Part shown: positions 59,101-64,000 of the stretch, piece by piece
Layout: each line of letters begins with the position of its first letter
How positions within the stretch are numbered: position 1 is the first letter of the stretch
IMG/VR virus record: IMGVR_UViG_3300035698_035364
Span: 1-64,000 of that record
Direction: 5' to 3' (one strand)
Length of the DNA: 64,000 bases
From: a virus
Made by a program: the position numbers and the translations under genes
The notes under the pieces: model-generated
Databases searched by the model: none
What the model saw: the letters and a program-made list of their open reading frames with translations, nothing else
What the model was told of the DNA's origin: nothing

Positions 59101-59299
59101 TGAGTTCGTGTATGAAAGTAGCTATGAAGGCAATCCATCTGCAAGATTAGCATCGTTGATATCTTCTAAGCATGGCATGTCGGCTGTTTTGTGTAATGCT
59201 CCTGATGGCTCTTTAGGAGATTTCCCTTATGTCTATTTAATAGGAGGATATGTGACAGCCAGGGATAATAACTATGTAGATATTGGTTTTGATATATAA
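53180..59299 (+). CDS. Giant adhesin-like protein: N-terminal half vWA (DxSxS), FN3-like, LamG and Ig-like domains, C-terminal Kelch propeller
   Basis: VIIDQSGSMTWND; GLWHFNEGEG...ITIMGWI...WQHVAVTY...FYING...GKITELSIHN; Kelch IYAMGG..EIYDPVDDVW..MPTPR..IYTIGG. Confidence 0.8.
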   Translation: MSINLIEYYKAANTESSLAAGVWNINYDKRHLFKVSSDYDAVNEHLEIISLPPSNEATSNVSIFSGQLDQKLDNTKITSLSARAEKVELDLDDRIVTVIIDQSGSMTWNDNGNYRHQLAKNLVDKIEFNYPGTVNYNLIKYDSALASMLFFGLIEQEGLDIYDFNSLAKLMLADENANFAGIRVIRNANRYPTSIVDGELVSDGFISAIFNTDLTENSTYYYTVYTYDNDLKFSEGARIKVTPRTRNVPRGIFLFNTVVDSDDLSKGNPFVGKGVNNDDNVTGLWHFNEGEGQNLYDFSGSDVILTIDDLYPTWYDQIFTPAGDSALFFDGDTDRAYYSDTGNDLRLFHNDDNNQITIMGWIFPYDLEDSAIVTRESAGGGEINYTLGIQSGQLAFHNGRNSTTTSLSLTAHKWQHVAVTYNIDAEQITFYINGVAQSRNWIGDASVPDSTDSMEFVVGLSNSSFFSVPYRGKITELSIHNTVRSSEYINAQIIDATIYGDNSLAIDTEATGLKDDNGDRLVVLKYEIPLDYNFAGGEVVIVRNTERIPTWEEDGDIIHQQVPSAGQNYVIDSDDFVFGEKYYYRIYSKNSLGNSSFSSDSPSLEVTIPTSPTTDYFLSLGETLASPESPLNNLPLITPGNTKVFLRWKNVAPIDSRIQRVRVYYSSIGYPTVDSSGGSNSQLVFSGLPTDEKFVHRDLVNGSNAYYTIVNVDKYGRASNYDADGDQVEDFLQAATVPSATADESIIPLLDVENLHYELIDGNSVSVKWDMPTKNPENIEAYFDQTIIIYASITDEFGQAISDDALTKMYISASISQEEQAEDVFGAADTIDFVDVDSYTFFVSKTSDGIIKAVLKMSSNPSIMSQIKGASFTIQVKTYIPKEGYVAPDVTTASTTGLEEYATLIETLAGGEQQASTTSSSDNVFEYFSKPLTVNFTNPWEVELESRDNQTVDQRCYIQKVDSVTGNTQLQVVREHFDGVYMKASAPFVARAKLKYKGEPIDAGSIQIAVWDAEFDNLCANAGSPGSGGFEGPKIQVSSTVLPPDNRMDILQGTEQGLGSDGLSTDIPISYVDIPLYAPDMPHAVRLFVKGTKSGYSSVKNMYVLFQSILRMDIQTDSPVVDGHDVSEQQANAFLINPDFPNYEVNDSDKSLITYPTDNTVVQWSIERLVGDIDRTIYSIDNVPIANGVYSYTRNGLARNVFLGPIQKPDKEINETHEIKAVIVYNGLTAVARQFVKLKFNPREYDKFGAKFLMEMDGGWRGIGDTLSWRGSGWLTAGTYPLWADGTDYKRVKIARDPQNVIDSEFGAGPCFRTCATQDGSQVFELNSGQVVHIQSEDPDIEILHGEIYEDLDPYTGTYTLRQGEDGFSDNGEAFVSLNSETESDITYFYIRANKFTPTSGQRWHTNCDKAEAINECKCLGSNPNIGLTDCDTPGWTPVIYLSGSTTLFVDDQPLVLTGGGDFETGVPPCPVCLKEPLTTSTISRTITDYYYRENLINPSLSGMTGVTSEVDNNNFLGPNGDDALIRYTTDIDIRMKVLWRGSAVPDNTPVYISIGNNDGNTFFVASRNIYYTQTDETTVPPHSYVDIRIGTRKPPTARVTELVYAYTNYDENGQTTREVGERYSLTLDHTDIPKDIVVREEEQEPEVPPTTPEPTAFSATIERYNILSNEWDTVSSMQDGRGNLFAGVVNDTIYAMGGLKNNSLDLSSRNEIYDPVDDVWSDGAIMPTPRMAGAAVTIGNDIYTIGGIGVDDVIGNGGFNVDSTVEVYHTDTGTWETLASMPIINEGGVYEEKLGVAFGTAQHIVIAEGSLERDYIYILSGINTVNYTGELFLAEKYNERVLRYSVQDDAWEYSEVLRSDELVAYQRVAPLSLAYNDRIVVFNGAIETEGAFIYPKEDFSVTIEEDFAKSVGAEWLQFGSGYLEDFPEPKFQASLVRYDLNPSTDHSDYYIFGGYNKESQNLDIVERLTTHVSEFVYESSYEGNPSARLASLISSKHGMSAVLCNAPDGSLGDFPYVYLIGGYVTARDNNYVDIGFDI

Positions 59300-59300
59300 T

Positions 59301-62300
59301 ATGGCTAATGAATATAAAATAATTAAATGCAAGTTAGATGGTAAGCAGTCGGTATCTGTCCCTATTGATATTAAGCAGAATGGGAGATATGTCGAAGAGA
59401 GGGTTAATGTACAAGTACAAGGATTTTTGAAGTTCAGTGAAACTGCTGCTCAAGAATCTCAGGTGAATGATAAGACTGCTATTTAACCAGTGCTGTTTAC
59501 TTCCAATCAAGTTGCAGTTAGTGGTGGTCGAGTGGTTATTACTTTGCTCCCTCGATCTGAGGATTTTTTCACAGATAGCAGCACATTAGCTGCCAGAGAT
59601 CCTGTTCAAATGGCTAATGTTGTTTCTCAGGGAGGTATTAGTGCTGATGAGCAAATAACCCAACCGACAAAGGAACCTGTATTTATTAGAATAGAAACAG
59701 GGCAAATCCGTAATCCATATAAGATTTCTATTGGGGTATCTATTACTCCGGAGAGTGCCGGTGGGCCTGAAGGTCAGACTGTTGATAGGGGAACGGATCC
59801 GGAGATAGAAGTGCAAGAAGATGTGAACTCTTTATTCCAGAAAGAAAAAAGTAGAGCAGCAAGTAATTTAGTTATTGATTGTTATAATGATGATGATTGG
59901 ATCCCGGTGGTGGAAACTATTCTAGGAGACAATAACGGAACACGATCACAAATAAATCAGGAGTTGGATGATATGGCCAATTCTACTCCTTTTGGTGCTT
60001 CTACGATGTATGATGCTGTAGTAAAAGGAGCCAGGTTATTATCTGATACTGCTTTAGATGGAACAAGGAAGTTAATATATTTGCTTACGGATAATGAAAC
60101 AGCCGCTTCTCTGGCCACGGTGGATCAATCTTTGGAAGAGGTTAATGCTATTGATGGGGATAAAGAAGTCCCTATCTTAATAGCTAATATGGCTATTGTA
60201 GATCCTCAAACATTATCAGTAAAGATCAATAGTTCTGATACAAGGGATATTAATAAGTTAGCGTTTCTAACTGATGGGCAAAGTGTGACTGTTGATAGCG
60301 AGAGTTATTTAAATGATGTGACTGCTATATTCTATCATGAGGCAGCAGGATCATTAGGATATGGTACTTACGAATTTACAATGGATCTGGGAGAAGAAGT
60401 ATTAGTCAATTATATAACGGCTTATTTTGATGTGGTCTCAGACAATTCTAATGCTACGTGGTCTATTGAAACAAGCACAGATGGATATAATTTTACAGTC
60501 ATAGATGCTACTAATGATTATGATGAGACTGTTGATTATAATGAATTATTTGCTAGATATATTAAGTTTAAAATTATATTAGTTACTGGTTTTAATACAG
60601 TGGAAGACGAATATGGGGCATATCCTGAATCTCCTGCTTTGACTTCTGTGGTTGTTGTATATAACACGTCTAAAGTAGCATACTTATATCTGAATAAAGA
60701 AGAGGAGGAGATTCCCCCTTACCAAATGACGTTAGCGGTGAATGCCAATGAAATTAATGAGGATCAAATAAAAATTGGTGTGGCCAAATCTGATTCCCAT
60801 AATTGGAGTGATTTTTCTACAGATTCTCAACCGTCTGTTAGCCAGAATGGTAAGGTTGTTATCCCAATAAGATTTTCTCAAGATATTACGGAGTTTCAAC
60901 AAGAGCCTTTGAAAAAGGTCAATAACCATATTTTAAAGACGGAGTATGGCAGTTGGGATTCTTATGCTACTGTGTTGTTATATGATGATAATGATGAGGT
61001 TATTCCTACTACCTATTATGTGCTGCAACCAAGAGAAGGGATAGTGGTTTTTAACTATGCTTTGCCAAATGCTTATGTCGATGGGGATTATAAAATTGGT
61101 GTTTTGAATGGCACTAATTATAAGGTTGGTTTGAAACTTACTAATAAAACGGAAGCTGCTACGTTGGATATTTATGGGGTAGGTTATCTTTACACAACTG
61201 GTAGAAATTTACTTCCTCCACTCTCTAAAGCGTTGCCTGAAGTAAGAAGTGCTATTATCACTAATGAAGATCCAAATAGATTTAGCCCAATAACAATCTC
61301 ATATATCTATTTTGATGCTAATTTTGATCAAGAAGTAACAGCGTCTCGTATAATCAGGTGGTTCATTAATGGGAAGCAAATTACTTACCTGGATAATTTG
61401 ATTAGTTGGAATGATATCGATGACCCTCAAGATCCTTTGTATGAAAATACTTCTTTGTCTTATCCTAACACAGAAGACCTGGATGGAGACACTATAGATG
61501 AATGGGCCAGGAAACAAACTGATTCTATTTTGCAGCCAGGAGATAAACTTCATTTTGAAATACAGGTTAGTGATGGAGAATTTTTAAGTCTAACAGGGAA
61601 ATCTAATATAGTTGAAGTGGCTGAGTCTGTGCCAGTGTTGGATGGGATATTTGTAAAAGCGAAAGATGAAAATAATAATATCATTGATAGATTGGCCACT
61701 GATAACCAAGCAGTGATATATCCTTCTATTGATACTATATTCCATTCTGACGGATCTGATAATGCATCAGAGATAGTGTGGTATGTAAATGATGAGGTAT
61801 TTAAGAGAGGGACATATGGGCAGGAAGTTCTTACTGGTCAACCTCCTATCCATGAAATATGGATCAATGAAATAGGTCAAGTGAATTACTTAGATTATGG
61901 TTTAAGAATATCTAATGCTATTTTTGTTCAGGTTACTCCTAGAACTTCTTCATCAGTAGGGACTCCCGTGACAAGTCCGGTAGTGGTTGTAGAGAATGCT
62001 TTGCCTAGAATTTTTAATGTGAATTATGCTACTACTAGTTATGTAGCAGGTAGAGACTTGGTTTTGGTGTGGGACTTCTTTGATTTTGAGATTAATGAGA
62101 TAGGCAGTTTAGATACAACTAGTCAAACAGATCAAACTAGTGTTAAATGGTTTAGGAAGAATCCTGGGGGGATCTTTGAAGAGGTGTATGTATATAACGA
62201 TCATACTACAACTACTTTGGATGAGGTATTTAATGATACAGATTATCAGGGGCATATATCCACTAATTTAGGCACTCATGCTTCTACTGTCGATGGTAAT

Positions 62301-62414
62301 GTTATAGTGACAGGGCAACAATGGTATGCTCAGATAATACCTCACGATAGTTTAGATGAAGGAGCAATTGTTACTAGTGAGATTATTACCGTTACTGCTA
62401 GTAGCAATGTATAA
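59301..62414 (+). CDS. Protein with C-terminal half vWA and A9-like Ig repeats, interrupted by an in-frame TAA at 59484-59486
   Basis: Track ORFs 59283 and 59490 share a frame, separated only by TAA CCA; ATG 59301 sits 1 nt after the upstream stop; PFGASTMYDAV, KLIYLLTDNE, INKLAFLTDGQ. Confidence 0.7.
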
Positions 62415-63142
62415 TGATACATCAAATAAGAACAACGAAACCTCTTATTGACATCATTCTATTAACTCATAATAACCTGGAAAATACGAAACAATGTATA
62501 GATGCATTATATCGTTACACGGGTGATTTTGGATTAATTATCTTAGATAATGCTTCTACAGATGGGACGAAGGCATATATTAAGGATTTAGCGGGGCAAC
62601 GTGACAATATCTCTTGCATGTTCGAGAAGACTAATACCTATATTGTTGAAGGACGAGGTTTTGCCTACGAAGTGTGTTTATTGTCTAAGCACCAATCAAA
62701 ATATGTTATGTTTCTGGATGCGGATCAATTCTGTTCAGATGGATGGTTTGATAGTTACTTAGAGTTATTGAAAGATTATGATATCGTGGGAGCAGAAGCG
62801 TGGAGCATGCGGCCAGATGATTTCTATCCTTGTGCTAAAGTTGAATCTAAGGGTGAGATATTTAATTACGTGGGAGTAGGTGGGATGATGATGAGGCATT
62901 CGGTAATAGACCATATAGGTCTATTTGATCCTAGATTTAAGAAATTCTACTTTGAAGATCCTGACTTTTGTTGGAGGGCACATCAACAAGATTATAAGAT
63001 AGGTTGGAATAATTCTGGTAAAATTGTGCATAAACCTCATAAACTTTTAGTTGATGCAGAGAGAAAGAAGTTCTTCTTTGACAATTGGAAGAGGTTTCAG
63101 GAGAAATGGGAAGGTCACAAAATCCCGATGTTTATTATGTAG
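62414..63142 (+). CDS. Glycosyltransferase, GT-A fold, family 2-like
   Basis: IDIILLTHN, IILDNASTDGT, MFLDAD (DxD), GLFDPRF..YFEDPDFCWRA; TAATG overlap with the upstream structural gene. Confidence 0.93.
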   Translation: MIHQIRTTKPLIDIILLTHNNLENTKQCIDALYRYTGDFGLIILDNASTDGTKAYIKDLAGQRDNISCMFEKTNTYIVEGRGFAYEVCLLSKHQSKYVMFLDADQFCSDGWFDSYLELLKDYDIVGAEAWSMRPDDFYPCAKVESKGEIFNYVGVGGMMMRHSVIDHIGLFDPRFKKFYFEDPDFCWRAHQQDYKIGWNNSGKIVHKPHKLLVDAERKKFFFDNWKRFQEKWEGHKIPMFIM

Positions 63143-63296
63143 CGACTTCTTCTTCCCTTATTCTTTTTAGTATTAATTCTCGCAGAACTACGCTCATATT
63201 CTTTTCTTCTTTCTCACAGATAATCTCAAATCTTCTGAATAGGGATGGAGTTGTAACAAACTGAACTATTCTAGTGTTTTTTTCTTTCTTGGCCAT
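63135..63296 (-). CDS. Ribbon-helix-helix (CopG/Arc-like) DNA-binding protein, 53 aa, absent from the ORF track
   Basis: Manual translation MAKKEKNTRIVQFVTTPSLFRRFEIICEKEEKNMSVVLRELILKRIREEEVAT; AAGGAG 6 nt upstream of ATG; strand-helix-turn-MSxVLRELI pattern. Confidence 0.75.
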   Translation of the reverse strand: MAKKEKNTRIVQFVTTPSLFRRFEIICEKEEKNMSVVLRELILKRIREEEVAT

Positions 63297-63328
63297 GTTT
63301 TTCTCCTTAAATAAGTATACCTATATAT

Positions 63329-63356
63329 TCATCGGAATTAATCATTATCATCTTTA
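63329..63356 (-). promoter_or_regulatory. Possible sigma28-like promoter (TAAA-N16-TCCGATGA) for the RHH gene
   Basis: Minus strand reads TAAAGATGATAATGATTAATTCCGATGAATA, just upstream of the RHH RBS. Confidence 0.45.
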
Positions 63357-63374
63357 ATTTTTCCAAAGAATAAA

Positions 63375-63407
63375 AGAGGATTTCCCATATAGTTGTCAGA
63401 AGTTATA
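63375..63407 (+). promoter_or_regulatory. Putative phage promoter AGAGG-N19-GAAGTTATA (copy 5)
   Basis: Same boxes as copies 1-2 but no hairpin; divergent from the RHH promoter. Confidence 0.6.
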
Positions 63408-63442
63408 TATATGAATTAATGATAATTATAAGGAGATTAGTA

Positions 63443-63622
63443 ATGATTAGAGAAAATGAGCGATTGTTGAGTAGTCTATCCAAGTATTTTTTAGAGGAAA
63501 GAGATTTGGACAAGGCGTATATTAAGACAAATAGAGTGATAAGACGATTGCATAATGCAGGAAAAGATATACCTATGAAAGAAATTCAGAGTTATGCTTA
63601 TCAGTGCGAGGAGGGCAAGTAA
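63443..63622 (+). CDS. Small hypothetical protein (59 aa)
   Basis: AAGGAG at 63430-63435 favours ATG 63443 over 63419. Confidence 0.55.
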   Translation: MIRENERLLSSLSKYFLEERDLDKAYIKTNRVIRRLHNAGKDIPMKEIQSYAYQCEEGK

Positions 63623-63623
63623 A

Positions 63624-64000
63624 ATGGATCAGGTGTGTTTGTATTGCAATGGAGAATTTTCAGGTCGGAAGAAAAAATATTGTTCTAATCAGTGTGGGAC
63701 ATTCCACTGGGAAGATAAAAATAGAGAAAAAAGGAAAAGGTATAAAAAGGTATATCGTCAAGAAAATAAAGCCACTTTGCAAAAATATAATGCTGAATAT
63801 CATCAAAAAAATAAAGATGCGTTAAATGAGAGAGTAAAAATATATAATAAAAATAACAGAGATAAAATAAAAGCATATAACGATAATAGAAAAGGAGTTT
63901 ATCAAGAATATTATCAAAATAATAGAGATAAGATATTGTCATTCCAAAAGATTTATTATAAAGATAATAAGGGAAGATTATTGGCCTATGGAAGGGGATA
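63624..64000 (+). CDS. Partial gene running off the window: zinc finger plus Y-x3-N-K/R helical repeats, typical of homing-endonuclease N-termini
   Basis: Manual translation MDQVCLYCNGEFSGRKKKYCSNQC...YRQENK..YHQKNKD..YNKNNRD..YYQNNRD..YYKDNK with no stop; GAGGAGG RBS at 63608-63614. Confidence 0.7.
   Translation, partial: MDQVCLYCNGEFSGRKKKYCSNQCGTFHWEDKNREKRKRYKKVYRQENKATLQKYNAEYHQKNKDALNERVKIYNKNNRDKIKAYNDNRKGVYQEYYQNNRDKILSFQKIYYKDNKGRLLAYGRG

Noticed and set aside
14603-62414. Recurrent (D/N)PS, DEY and DPY tripeptides as glycosylation sequons
   Set aside because: Counts by eye are only modestly above expectation for D/N/S/Y-rich proteins, and these are common turn motifs; a proper enrichment test is needed
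4326-63442. Track start codons 4326, 35138, 59283 and 63419
   Set aside because: RBS position or stop-start coupling favours 4332, 35186, 59301 and 63443
210-63942. Numerous short antisense or alternative-frame ORFs in the track (e.g. 210-479, 13873-14262, 22494-22871, 26838-27332, 63604-63825, 63685-63942)
   Set aside because: They shadow long, motif-bearing + strand genes, lack convincing RBSs and have low-complexity composition; 63604-63825 overlaps the better-supported frame starting at 63624
1-64000. Genome-wide stop-codon reassignment (TAG or TAA), suggested by several in-frame gene junctions
   Set aside because: ORFs up to 2039 aa are intact under the standard bacterial code, and many TAA/TAG stops are followed by a start in another frame; only the TAA at 59484 looks anomalous

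Overview
This 64-kb, AT-rich window is almost entirely coded on the + strand and reads as the virion-morphogenesis region of a very large tailed phage, probably siphovirus-like (a tube gene is present, no sheath gene is recognisable here). Gene order: an acidic coiled-coil protein and a volactin-like actin ATPase; an ArdC-N/HEXXH protein and an HNH endonuclease, each preceded by the same promoter/hairpin element; head-tail connector, tail terminator and tail tube; a tail-chaperone pair joined by a -1 frameshift (GGGAAAC) plus a second chaperone paralogue; a 1725-aa tape measure protein; then about 48 kb of tightly packed tail-tip/appendage genes (about 15,500 aa of hub-like, FN3/Ig, LamG, beta-propeller, FG-GAP, Kelch and vWA modules) with a GT4 and a GT2 glycosyltransferase in the same run. 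At the right end are a small antisense RHH gene and a truncated endonuclease-like gene, both absent from the ORF track. The most striking observations are: (1) a vWA/MIDAS domain whose two halves lie in different genes next to an FG-GAP propeller, with other apparently split folds, suggesting an adhesion complex built by inter-subunit fold complementation; (2) a phage volactin-like actin with a neighbour sharing its C-terminal LFG tail; (3) duplicated terminator/promoter elements flanking the ArdC-like gene; (4) an in-frame TAA inside the gene carrying the second vWA half. All family assignments come from motif recognition by eye, not database searches.
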